Shown in pieces: positions 11,694 to 23,990 of a stretch of 64,000 nt of DNA. Source of the DNA: Balanoglossus misakiensis (lineage: Eukaryota; Animalia; Hemichordata); contig CM082577.2 in assembly GCA_040954595.2 (NCBI GenBank), forward strand, positions 13,709,903-13,773,902, written 5' to 3'. The position numbers and the translations under genes were made by a program. The notes below the pieces were generated by a model. That model did not search any database. It saw nothing but the letters and a program-made list of their open reading frames with translations, and had not been told where the DNA came from. Position 1 is the first letter of the stretch, and every line of letters starts with the position of its first letter.

Positions 11694-13004
11694 CTATAAA
11701 ATGGGTGCACAAACTGAAAAAGCTCTCTGTCCGTAGGTTTCGTTAAATTTAGCATGAGGATGAGTTAAAAAGAATTGAACACTCGAGCACAGTTCTCGAG
11801 CTGGTACATATAAATGTAAAAGATCACTCAAATAGGCAGGTGCCTTACCACTGATACATTTGAATGTGAGCAAGAGAATTTTAAAACTGATGCGGGCCTC
11901 TACCGGTAGCCAGTGTAAATCTTTGAGTATGGGTGTGATATGATCGGACTTGCGCGTACGAGTAACTAGCCTCGCCGCAGCATTCTGTAGAGACTGAAGT
12001 CGAGCTAGATGTCCCTTCGGGATACCAAACAAAAGACTATTACAGTAATCTAAATGAGACGTTACAAATGCATGGACTAGTTTCTCAGTTGTAGATCTGT
12101 CAAGAAGATTACGAATTTTAGCTATTCTATGCAAAGAGAAGAAACCATTTTTGCACAGCTTACTAATATGATCAGACATGCTACCATCCTGACTTAAAAT
12201 AACGCCGAGATTTTTAACTGAAACTGAATGAATTATGTCACATTGTCCGATTCTTAGACAGTCTAATTTTGTCACATTAGATTTTAAACGTGATGAAAAG
12301 TGAATAACTTCAGTTTTATCATCATTCAGTACAAGCATGTTAGATTTCATCCAGGTGCGGATATCATCGACACAGAGCTCAATGTTATTGCGAACATCGT
12401 TAGGACTGTTGCAGATGGCATAAATTTGCGTATCGTCCGCATATATCATGCAATCAATCTCGTGTTTTCCGAAGATGTCTTCCAGAGGTGCAGTGTAGAG
12501 TGTAAACATGAGAGGTCCTAGAACAGATCCTTGTGGAACGCCATATTTCATGCGAGAACTTGGGGATGATGCAGATCCTACCTTGACGCACTGTTTGCGA
12601 TTAACGAGGTACGAACGAAACCACGATAAAGTGTTACCAGTTATTCCAAAACGATGATGTAGTCTCTGTAGCATTATTTTATGATCGATAGTGTCAAACG
12701 CCGCTGATAAATCTAACATGATAAGAATTACATCCTGTTTGTTATTCGAGGAAAGCATGATGTCATTGTGGACGCGCAGAAGAGCAGTTTCCGTGGTATG
12801 ATTAGCACGGTAAGCACTTTGAAACTTTGTGAAAAGACTAAATTTAGTGAGTTGATTGTTCAGTTGCTGAACGACTACACGCTCGAGGAGTTTTGACAAG
12901 AACGGAAGGTTTGAAACCGGTCTGTAGTTCTTCAGAATGTTCTGATCCAGATCAACTTTCTTTAACAATGGACGAATTATCGCTGACTTAAAATGACTCG
13001 GCAC
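11694..13004 (-). pseudogene. L2 ORF2 reverse transcriptase fragment
   Basis: 436 aa RT/C-terminal part. Premature TAG at the conserved W (PIL*NNLP); split from its upstream part by the LTR insertion. Confidence 0.85.
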
Positions 13005-13016
13005 GATGCCAGCTGT

Positions 13017-16000
13017 TGTTACGATCTGTCAAATACGATTTCAAGGGTCAATTAATCCAGAGCTCGGAAATGTCAATGTTTGATAGTATTTGATTTTATG
13101 TATTTGAAGTAGATAGGGAGAGCGGGTGTTTAACTGACTGCTCTGGTTGTCAATCATCACCGAACTGACTTTGTTACATGTATATAACACTTTATGTAAA
13201 TTGGTACGTATAGAGTTGACTGATGCCCAATGAAATTGTAACACATTGTATTTGTGATATTTTACATGGTTAACCACGCCTTGAGAAAAGTAATTATAAG
13301 AGAACTTTGTTTCCAAAGTTGCGGAGAGAGTATAATCTAACGGGAGATGGGAGTACCTCAGGCTACTGAGTTTGTTCCCTTCCTCATGTACTTTACTGGG
13401 CGTATTTGATGTACTGGAGTAGTTCTGGACAATAAATGAACGTGAATCAGATACGTGTCTCCGTGGATCACTGTTCTCGTCAGAGCCCGATACCTCATCG
13501 CTACAGATTCCCCAATGCATGAACAATCAGGAGAAACCAGCGGTAATACATGGTGGAGATACGAGGGTAGACGAAACAAATCCATCGGAGACAGAAACGG
13601 CGACGTCGAGCGGAGAGATTACAGCATGGATCGCGAGATGCTAAACGACATGAACAGTCAAATATCGGAAATACGACAGGTTACACTGAGAACTGGAGGT
13701 CAGGTAGGCCCAGGTTTCTTTTCGGGTACAGAGACTGAGAATGCACACCGATGGTGGAAAAAATATAGAGACTTTGCTGACTTTAAGCAATGGTCAGACG
13801 AGAAACGGCTTAAAGGAATCGGACTATGTTTGACTGGTGAAGCGGAGCGATGGTTCTACAGACTGTCTGCTGAAAAGAAAAATGACTTGACGACACTGCA
13901 AAATGTCTTCCTCGCTCGTTTTGATAAGTGCGGTCCGATGTGGCTGTATGACGAGAAACTGTTTCGCCTGAAGCAACTGCCGGACCAGACTGTTGAACAA
14001 TATGCGGGATTAATATGCGAAAAGGCAGAAAAAGCGAAAAAGACTGATGAGGAAATACTATCTTTCTTCATGAACGGACTGAGACCAGGCATACTAAAGT
14101 TCGTAGCGGAAATGTCACCTAAGGACTTCGAAACAGCGTACAAGCATGCTCGAACAGCAGAGGTCGTGGCAGGATTACCAGAGACAGACGAGCCAGAAGC
14201 GGGTCTTTTACAACAAATCTCGACACGGATTGACGAGATGAAACAAGAAGATCAAGAAATGAAGACCAAATCAAGCGCGGCAGATCATCGAGGACGATCG
14301 ACAAAAAGAGAGAAGAAATCGCCGAATTACAGAGCAAGAGAACGAACAATAGACAATAAGGTAAAGAGGAACAGATATCATTTTACTGGACACTCTGCCC
14401 AACGTTTTCCTCGACATAGTCAATTTAATTCCCGTGCATGTTTTAATCGTGGGCGTTACGATCATATAGCTAGAAATTGTTCAAAATATGCGTAACATAA
14501 AAACAAACGGAAAAGGGAGACACGTGGTTGATTGAAATGAATATTTGAATATGACTGAGAGGTATGAGTGTATGCCGGCCTGTATGAGTGAGTGTACGAT
14601 TGGCGTGTCCCTTGATTCGTTTAATGTTACGTAAGTTGTCAAATGACATTTTATAGTCCGTTGTTTGCTGAGTTTAGTTGTAAGTGCTGTGCAACCTGGT
14701 TCCCGTGTCACTCTGTTTAAATGTGTTAATGTATTTGAGTTGTAAAGAAATTACCAGTGAAGTTTGAAGTTGCAGAGATTTTAACATTGGAGAAAATGTT
14801 GTGAGTTGAATTTGCCGTTCGTTTGATGACCTAAATAGATGGTCCAATTTGTGTAAATATCCCCTTTTAATGGATATGTGTTTGTATAAAGAAACCAAAG
14901 AAAATCCCATTTTCGAATGAAGAAAATGCCATTTTCAAAGTTGTAAAGAGTGGATTTTTGACAAAACGCTAAGATGTTTCAGTTTTAAATTTTTAAAGGT
15001 TATTGAATTTACCCGACATGACGTAACTCCAGAATAAGGAATGTCGGATGATCGTTCGATGTAAAAGAATGCAAGAGTGTTTCTTTTGAGTCAATAAGAC
15101 AACAGATATTCAGATTGTGTTGAATGATGAATACAACGTTTTATGGGTTTATAGAAGGAATTGCGATTTTATTGTTTATATTAGTAGGTGGATAGGTGTG
15201 CGAAGGTTTTATGAGCACATACTATTTTAAGTTTATATGTACTTTTATTCTGTAGTAATTTGTGTATTGTAATTTTATAAATTTTAGACGATCACTTCAT
15301 AGGCATGACTCGATTTTTTTAAATATCTTACTTCAATTTTGTTATATATATTGTACTCTTACATTTCAAAATCATACGGTACATCTTAATATATTCTTGT
15401 GATGGAACTGAACAATTACCCTTGGTGTACTACTCTTTAAGAGATTTGTGTCCAATGCGGATCGCATTGGTTTAAAACGAGGGGAGTGTTACGATCTGTA
15501 TAAAAGGTCAAATACGATTTCAAGGGTCAATTAATCCAGAGCTCGGAAATGTCAATGTTTGATAGTATTTGATTTTATGTATTTGAAGTAGATAGGGAGA
15601 GCGGGTGTTTAACTGACTGCTCTGGTTGTCAATCATCACGAACTGACTTTGTTATATAACACTTTATGTAAATTGGTACGTATAGAGTTGACTGATGCCC
15701 AATGAAATTGTAACACATTGTATTTGTGATATTTTACATGGTTAACCACGCCTTGAGAAAAGTAATTATAAGAGAACTTTGTTTCCAAAGTTGAGGAGAG
15801 AGAATAATCTAACGGTAGATGGGAGTACCTCAGGCTACTGAGTTTGTTCCCTTCCTCATGTACTTTACTGGGCGTATTTGATGTACTGGAGTAGTTCTGG
15901 ACTTTGCTATATAACGCTTTATGTAAATTGGTACGTATACAGTTGAATTGATGCCCAATGCAATTTTAACCCATTGTTTTTGTGATTTTTTTACATTTTT

Positions 16001-16270
16001 AATCACGTCTTGAGAAAAGTAATTATAAGAATTTTGTTTCCAAAGTTGTAAGTAGAATCTAACGAGAGATGGGAGTACTTCAGGCTACTGAGTTTGTTCC
16101 CTTCCTCATGTACTTTACTGGGCGTATTTGATGTACTGGAGTAGTTCTGGACAATAAATGAACGTGAATCAGATACGTGTCTCCGTGGATCACTGTTCTC
16201 GTCAGAGCCCGTTACCTCATCGCTACAAATTTCCCGATGTATGAACAATCAGGAGAAACCAGCGGTAATA
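13017..16270 (+). mobile_element. Gag-only (pol-less) Gypsy-type LTR retroelement
   Basis: LTRs at 13017-13548 and 15487-16270. 4-bp TSD CTGT (13013-13016/16271-16274). PBS TGGTGGAGAT (tRNA-Ala-like, from 13551); PPT AAAACGAGGGGAG (15474-15486). Single gag ORF. Confidence 0.9.
13626..14495 (+). CDS. gag: Retrotransposon Gag (Ty3/Gypsy-type capsid, degenerate zinc knuckle)
   Basis: FSG...WW...LTGEAERWF...F..RF...LKQLPDQTVEQY...FMNGLRP pattern; C-terminal CFNRGRYDHIARNC (CCHC with second C->R). First ATG after the PBS is at 13626. Confidence 0.85.
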   Translation: MDREMLNDMNSQISEIRQVTLRTGGQVGPGFFSGTETENAHRWWKKYRDFADFKQWSDEKRLKGIGLCLTGEAERWFYRLSAEKKNDLTTLQNVFLARFDKCGPMWLYDEKLFRLKQLPDQTVEQYAGLICEKAEKAKKTDEEILSFFMNGLRPGILKFVAEMSPKDFETAYKHARTAEVVAGLPETDEPEAGLLQQISTRIDEMKQEDQEMKTKSSAADHRGRSTKREKKSPNYRARERTIDNKVKRNRYHFTGHSAQRFPRHSQFNSRACFNRGRYDHIARNCSKYA

Positions 16271-18253
16271 CTGTGAGCGAATTGTTGAAAAGATCAGCAA
16301 GGAAAGGTGCTAAGATGTGCACGCAATTCTTCAACACTCCATGGGTAGAATGTCGAGTTCACAAGATTTCGGTGGTGATTGTTTCACTAACGTAATTATA
16401 TCCCCAGGTGACACTGGGTCAAATTCCGCGAAAGTATGAGTCGGTGTTATGTCAGCCTCACAGCTGTGCGGTTGTGGACCAATCCTGTCACGGAGTTGCG
16501 ACACCTTGTTTTCAAAATAATTCATGAAAGCTGATGGAATTTCTTTTGTAGGTACGTTGTTCGGAATGAAGTTGGATAATGCTGTTCTCGTATCAGACAG
16601 TTCTGCAACAATCGCCAACAATTTCTTGTTATCTGCGTCTTCAATTCTAATCCGGTGATAGTCTGTTTTTAATACGTCACATTTATTACAATCTCTTGGA
16701 ATGGGTACAGCTCAAGAATAATCTGCACAGACTACATTTACCAAGTTGAAAGTACTGCTTTGTATTTAGGATTTCCGTTGATTTTGAAAACTTGCCTGAT
16801 TAGCCATTGCAGCCATATGAATCACTTCAAACCAAAGTGTTACAAGGGAAATCCGGCGTAGCTGATTTCTACATAATTTGGTAGCTTTGAGGTCACTCTT
16901 TCAGAATGAAACATATTCGCCATGTATAAATCACACAGTTTTATTACAAAATCAAGGGAAAGTTGGCAGAATTTCCAATATGGCGTTTACTGTAATTTGA
17001 ATCATTGGGAAAAAAGCGCCAGGACCAACTTCCGCCCACCTTGGTGTGGGTGATACCATCTTCCGATTGTACATGTACAAGGCATTGTGTATCCACTCAA
17101 GTCTGTAGGGAAAAATTGACAAAGCTTAAAGTACAATACTTGGACCATTACTTTTAGTGGTGATATATTGTGTGTATGTGTGTTAACATATCCGTGCCAT
17201 CATTTCTTGTACAATTGTATTCAGCCTTAGCTGTGGAAACACATATATTTGGGGGTGGCGGGGGTGTTTCCCCCCCCCCCCAATATAAAACATGCTCCCC
17301 CCAAAAAACAACAACAACAACAACAACAAAGAAAGGTTATCTGGAAAGTGATTGATTATGTTCTTTTCATGATTACTCCCATCAATAGATGAAGAGGTTG
17401 CAGAAGAAGGGATAATTTCAGCAGGGTTCAAAGACAACTCTCTGTCTGGCAAGGATATCGATGATAGCTGAAGCCAATAATACTACATCAGTTGACATGA
17501 AAATGGTTATGATCACGTTTATATACTTCGTTTTCATAAATGGATGAATTTCATACTGGATCTTGTGATCATGCGTTTTGGACATGTCACGTCATCTTTG
17601 GCAAATTTTGATTAAAATTGAAAATTAATACATGCATTTGTTTTCATCAAAGTCTGGGGGTTCTTTTAAGACTGGTCTGAAACATCCCAGGCCAAATACT
17701 GGCGTAAATATCATTTGTGAATGGTTTAAGTGGTCCTGGGCCAGTGTAATTAGGATTAACACCAATCCGTAACCCATTGTCTGTGGGCCAGAGCCTCAGC
17801 GCCTATACATAAACTTTGAGTGTGTGGACACAATGTCACTCAAAGGATTAAAGCTGTGTTTACCATAGGCAAATAGTGTCTCTGCAATGTTTCAAATTTT
17901 GCTATTTGGGGGTGTTTTCCTCCACCAATAAAAAAACATGCATTCCTAACTAAATTTTAACCACAACACAAACACAACACTGGGCACACAAGACAACACA
18001 CTACAGACACTTTGTGACATAGAGTAAAATTGGACTAAATACGAAAGAAGAAAAACATGTGAAGTAAGTAAATAATTAAATACTGAAGTGATACAAGCCA
18101 CAATTCGGCCTGGTCTGTAAAAAACAATGCGTAGTAAAACTGAGTCAAGATATTATCGTAAGAAAGACAGTTGCCTGCGAATGATCGTCAAATCCTCATT
18201 CTCCAGTGGTATGAATGGCCAAAGGGGAGAAATGCATGTAGATAAGTCATCCG

Positions 18254-18680
18254 TAGCCCGGAGACACAGGCGTCGATCTAGAATACAACGCCCGGGGACA
18301 GTCGACAAATTTCCTGCTGAGCTGAAAGATAGTAGCCCTGGCAACGATCAGGGTCGCTTAGTAACGAATGGATAACGAGTGATCTATCAAATGTTGACGG
18401 GCGCCAGTGGTTGGATGATATAATTAACAAAGCCTGGTTATGAATATTCATACACCTTCAAAACCACTCCCACACCCCGTTGCGGGAATTTCACTCATGA
18501 CTCCACCTCTATTTCCTTATTTAGAATGCGATGATGTCATTTGGTTTACATTGAGTGACCAATTAGCTTACACACAAGATTTACCACCCGTGTCGTTCTG
18601 CGCACAGAATTCGGTGCGTAAATAGAGACTGTCCCCGGGCGTTCCTTTTCCCCTAGATCAACCCCTGTGTCTCCGGGCTA
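18254..18680. mobile_element. MITE with TAG...CTA termini and 9-bp TSD (AcademH-like)
   Basis: TIR TAGCCCGGAGACACAGG/CCTGTGTCTCCGGGCTA; TSD AGTCATCCG at 18245-18253 and 18681-18689; empty site at ~32030. Confidence 0.8.
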
Positions 18681-20163
18681 AGTCATCCGCGACTCCGAAA
18701 TTATATACTAAGACCTGGTTTTACTTTCACTTCATTTGCTGCTGAGCAGACAATAGAACACGTCGAATACCCCCACCCCCCCAAACAAAAAGGTCTATAT
18801 TTTTTCGCCAACTGGATTTTGGAGAGAAAATATCATTATGTCATTGTTATGCACTCCCCGAACACGATAAAAAAAACCTCCACGTTCCTGTCTTCTTATG
18901 GAAAGCAACACACATTTAGGCTTAATTTGATTATTTTGCAGTTAAATCCGTATTATGCATGCAAACTAGGTACCCAGCGTCCTAAGACTGTCTTACCAGT
19001 TGCTAATCAAGAATGCAGACTATCGAGTTTCCCATCAATAAGCGCCTGCTTATTACTTCATCTGTAACCCTTCGACGGATGAAGTTGATTTTAACGTAAA
19101 AACCAGTTACCCAGTACATGTACTGGATACCCACTAGGCGCTCGCGCATGTCACTAGCCCGGCTGTAAAGTCATACGCCAGTATAGGACAAATGCCGCCC
19201 ATTTAGTACTTTTCCCCCACACAAAAACTGACCAGGTTGGATCAATCTGACTCTGATTATCAGCTAATCCCGAGTTGATCAGTATGAAGGTAAACTTGCA
19301 GATTTCGGGCAAAACGGCCATACAAATCACGTCCTAATTTGTGTGGGGAAAAGTTGTCATGGTGACGGTAGCAGAAGTTCGTAAATACGCGCCATTTCTA
19401 TGAACTTACCTATTTTCTTCAGGAACTGACTCGTCCAAGCCTTACTTTATCGACCACAGGGGAATGTGTATGTACATTCAGGTGTGCCGTACGCTCGAAT
19501 GTGTCATATGCTAATATTTTATTGCTTTCGTTTTCGTCTTTTGTAGTGAGGCGGATATGGTTGGAAGGGGTGATACAAATATTGAACAGGGGCGATCTGA
19601 GAGTAAAATTGGGCTAATACAAAAGAAGAAAAACATGTAGAGTAAGTAAATGAATATTGAAGTGATACAAGCCACAATTCGACCGGGTCTGTAATTGCAA
19701 GGCGTAGTAAAACTGAGTCACGATACTGTCGTAAGAAACACAGTTGCCTGCGAATGATGATATGGTCACATCATCATTCAACTGTGGCATGAATGACCTA
19801 GGGGGGGGGGAGTAATGCTGATGTGCCCTCAGATCTGTATGTTTGAGGTCACAAACGCACGTACTGGGGATCACACAGGCGTATATAACACATGTGTGGT
19901 AGACATTGTGGTAGTCTCTCCACAAAGATTCACATTTACGCAGCCGATAACAAGGACACACAGATACATGTAAATATGTTTTTGCTTTTCATAAGAAAGA
20001 GTATTTTCCTTTTGATAACTGCACACCATGGTCCTGGAAATTCTTAATTAAGGCAATTCCAAATTATTTCCAAAAGTGAAATGGCTGTTTGCAGTAATTA
20101 TACGCACTTATACAGTAATCGATTAAATTTCCTTGTTGATATCAAATTGAACAGAGAACAGTC

Positions 20164-20623
20164 AGAGAACAGTGATCCGCGGAGACACGTATCTGATTCA
20201 CGTTCATTTATTGTCGAGAATTACTCTAACACATCAAATACGCCCAGTAAAGTACGTGAGGAAGGGAATGAGCTCAGTAGCCTGAGGTACTCCCATCTCT
20301 CGTTAGATTCTACTTACAACTTTGGAAACAAAATTCTTATAATTAGTTTTCACAAGACGTGGTTAAACATGTAAAACATCACAAGTACTATGTGTTACAA
20401 TTTCATTGGGCATCAATTCAACTATATACGTACCAAATTATTTACATAAACCGTTATATAGCAAAGTCAGTTCGATTATGATTGACAACCAGAGCAGTCA
20501 GTTAAACACCAGCTCTCCCTATCTACTTCAAATACATAAAATCAAATACTATCAAACATTGACATTCCTGGAGCTCTTATTTGACCTTCAAAATCATATT
20601 TGACTTTTAAACAGATCGTAACA
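20164..20623 (-). mobile_element. Truncated LTR of the gag-only family embedded in the array unit (also ~32632-33092, 37404-37864, 42284-42744, 48919-49378)
   Basis: Reverse complement of the 13017-13478 LTR from its TGTTACGATCTG start; lacks the last ~70 bp. Confidence 0.85.
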
Positions 20624-20682
20624 CAATACGTGAAATTTATGCGATGAATCAAGATGCATACACGCGATATATTGAGTCAGCT

Positions 20683-20716
20683 TCATCATCATTGTCGTCG
20701 TCGTCATCATCATGGT

Positions 20717-20749
<33 letters not shown>

Positions 20750-20845
20750 GTCATCATCATCATCACCATCTTCTTCTTCAGAAACGTCGCCGCCATCATC
20801 ATCATCATCATCACCATCATCATCATCATCGTCGTCGTCGTCGTT
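20683..20845. repeat. Compound (CAT)n/(CGT)n microsatellite, present in most array units (also ~33152, 37924, 42804, 49437)
   Basis: Direct reading; repeat length varies among copies. Confidence 0.95.
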
Positions 20846-22153
20846 GTTCTATTGGGATTCATTGTCTTTACATTTAAATGTCTTGTGTGATATCACATGT
20901 TAGTATGCTTTCTCAATTATTTTGCAAGAGTACCAGTGGAGACATTTCACTAAAATCATACAAGTGCATTTATAAAATTTGTGACTAACGCTTTAAGAAA
21001 AATATTTATGGGGTTAACAACCGCATGAAAAACATGCGTTTTACATTCAAGTAATATGCACGATTACTATTCACGACTTTTCCCTTAAATATAATTAATT
21101 AGGGAGAATCTTCTTTGCCATCCGGTTTCTTTTCCTACGGTCCCTTCCGTGGTGCTTGTTTTGGTGGTTGCTGGTAATAGTGGAAATTATAAATATTTAC
21201 TACAATAAGCACACATAGTAGAGTACAAGTCACTTTGTCATTGCGTGAAACCAAACAAAAGAAACTGAGACCACAGGGATATATTTAGGACCGGATTTGA
21301 TAAGGTAGGAGGTCAGCTGGAGGTCAGGCGGAAGGAAGAGTTCACCAAAAGAGGGCGCATCGCGCGAGCAGAATATATTGGTAGGAGAAAGGTTAGAATC
21401 CCTGAGTGAATCCTTGTGCTGAGACGAAGGATTATAAAAATCGATGATTTCAGCCAAAGCGACCCAGACATCGATTGATGATTGAGATTCTCAGCTACTA
21501 TACTTCAACTTTGTGTGTGTGGCAACAAGGCGACTCAAATGATTAATGCTCTTTGTTTGCCATAGACAAATAGTGTCTCTAAAACGTTTCGAGTTTTATA
21601 CTCTGTGTGAACCTGGTATAAGTTTGCCGATATCTTTCAATATGTATACAATAGAGATTACCAGTTGTTAAGTGGAAGCCAGTTATTTTTCAATCCCTGA
21701 TTCTCGCATTAAATCTTGTTGATATTGAACGTTTATGTTGTGCAATTGCAAACCCGTTGTTTTCCATTGAATTGTTTAGCAAGTTAATCCGTTTGCTTTT
21801 AGATAAAGCTGATCGATCAAGAAGGTGTGCCTTTAAAGATGGCCACAGGAGAGAAAAAGAAACGAAGCCTTGGGTATACATCCAGTTTGTTTTATATCTC
21901 AATCAATGTTTGGGGCGCGTGTGATTTTAATACTTCAATATTCTCCTTATCCTAATTTCGTACTCTTGCTATAGGCGGCTGAATAAATGGGTACGGCACC
22001 CGTTTATCTTTTGACATGTTAATATTTACATGTACAGTACAGCCACAATCAAAGGTTGATATGTTTGTGTATACCCATCAGTTACCCCATTTTGCTTACA
22101 GAATCCCGAAATATCAACTGAAATTGCCAATCTATGCAAGATTCAAATCTTAC

Positions 22154-22351
22154 CGATTCTAAAACTGGTACACCGTCTTTCGTTGTTAATTGTTTTGGGG
22201 GGCCTACAGAAGTTTTAATAGGTGTCTCCAATATTAGTTGTAGTGCTTGTCGGTTGCCTGCAGCTGCAGCTGCTAATCGTGGTTGTGGGTTTGGGTTAAC
22301 GATAGCCGATACTGCTCCAGAATATTCTTCCTTTCTACCAGTGTTGTCCAT
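22154..22351 (-). CDS. Putative small-protein exon, array family copy 1 (66 aa to the splice donor)
   Basis: Pyrimidine-rich ...tttgatcaacag|aaaATGG context and TCG|gtaaga donor; MDNTGRKEE-variable-KDGVPVLES. No known homolog recognised. Confidence 0.45.
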
Positions 22352-22836
22352 TTTCTGTTGATCAAATGTCGTAGAGACAGATAAATATGTAAAACAATGA
22401 ATGGAATAGGCAGATTAAATGATAAACCAAGGCTACGCAACTATAGTTTTCACCAAATAAAATGCAACATAACAACTCAATAGCAGGCCTCCCGCTGTAG
22501 AAGTGCGTTGACCTGCGGCTCATGTGATTAGGAGACAAAAAAGTCTCCAACTTGTCCCAGGTTCTTGACTATGCGAGATTATATTTGTCCTAAAGATAGC
22601 CGAGAATTAGGTATGTGCATATTAGGTATGTGCATATTAGGTATGTAGGTATAATTAGGTAAAAAGTTACGATCTTGGAAACAAAGAAATGTAGGTCTGG
22701 TCCTATAAAAAATACTGTATTGGGGTCGTCAAAGTCGTGTCAACCCAATCGACGCAAAAAATAACGGTACCTTGCACTTGCCACAGACGCGCGGCATATT
22801 GCCTAGTTCGTATATCATTATTATTATTATCTTTTT

Positions 22837-23247
22837 TTTAGCTCTGCTGTCACTTGTGTCAGCCGAGCTGTAGCAGTAGGTTGATAAGTGTCCGTCCGTC
22901 GTCCGTCCGTCCGTCCGTCCGTCCGTCCGGCGTCCGTCAACTTTTGGTATTTCAATCTTCTTCTTTAAAACAACTAGGCATATTTAGATGAAATTTGGTT
23001 GGAATGTGTGTTATAGTGCCCCTACCTGATTTTGTAAATTTGGATTTGATGGGGTCATGAATATGTAAATTAGATCTAAAAATAGAATTTTTGGTCAAAA
23101 ATCTTCTTCTCCATAACTACATGTACGATGAAGCTGAAATTTGGTAGGAATGTGTGTTATGGTGCCCCTACCTGATTTTGTTAAACATCATTGCCCAGGT
23201 TACACTGTTAAAGTCAGCAGAGCTCTTTTGACCGATAGGTATCTTGT
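22837..23247 (+). mobile_element. Helentron-associated non-autonomous element (HINE)
   Basis: T-run start, subTIR AGCTCTGCTG...CAGCAGAGCT, (GTCC)n microsatellite, internal duplicated block, 3' hairpin and CTTGT end. Confidence 0.75.
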
Positions 23248-23990
23248 ATTGTAACCATGTTTGCATTGTCTAATATAATGTGCCCTCAGTTCTGTATGTT
23301 TGAGGTCACAAACGCACGTACCGGGGATCATTCAGGCGTATATCACACATGTGTTAGACAAAGCAGACATTGTGGTAGTCAATCCACAAAGACCCACTTT
23401 TACGCTGCCGATAACAAGGACACACATATAAATATGTTTTTGCTTTTCATAAGAAAGGGTATTTTATTTGTCATATTCCAACAGGAAAGCGGCGTAATGT
23501 CATCCTTTAAAGGGACAAAGTCTCTCTCTCGCTGCCCTTTTCCATTAGTTATGTTTGAAGTAAAATCCGCATTATGTATGTAAATTAGGTACCCAATGTC
23601 CTGTCTTACCAGTTGTTAATCAAGAATGCAGACTATCGAGTCTCCCATCAATGAGCGCCTGCTTATTAACCCTTCGACGGATGCAGTTGATTTTAACATA
23701 AAAACTAGTGACCCAGAACTGCATACCCACAAGGCGCTCGGGCATGTCACTAGCCCGGCTGTAAATTGAGCGTTTGCCCTCATACGCCAGTATAGGACAA
23801 ATGTGGCCCTTTTAGTACTTTCCCCCCACACAGAAACTGACCAGGTTGGATCAATGTGACCCTGATTATCAGCTAATCCCGAGTTGATCAGTATGAAGGT
23901 AAAATTGCGGAGAGTGGCTTATATCGGGCAAAACGGCCGTACACACCGCGTCCTAATCTGAGTGGGGAAAAGTTGTCATATAATAATAAT

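Larger units (their letters stand above)
11469..16672 (-). mobile_element. 5'-truncated L2-clade LINE, interrupted at 13017-16270 by an LTR element
   Basis: RT motifs [39 protein letters not shown] and the L2 C-terminus [15 protein letters not shown]. 3' stem-loop plus (TAA)n tail at ~11469-11530. The ORF resumes at 16271-16672. Confidence 0.9.

Noticed and set aside
13455-13625. N-terminal extension of the gag ORF in the track
   Set aside because: It begins at a GTG inside the LTR and crosses the PBS; the ATG at 13626 is more plausible.
17694-17882. Similarity to 7783-8095 and 21500-21580, suggesting a larger duplication
   Set aside because: Short, decayed and dispersed; better explained as fragments of an old interspersed repeat.
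20644-20903. Poly-His/poly-Ile/poly-Ser ORFs (also at 33.1, 37.9, 42.8 and 49.4 kb)
   Set aside because: Three-frame translations of a (CAT)n/(CGT)n microsatellite; no splice or conservation evidence.
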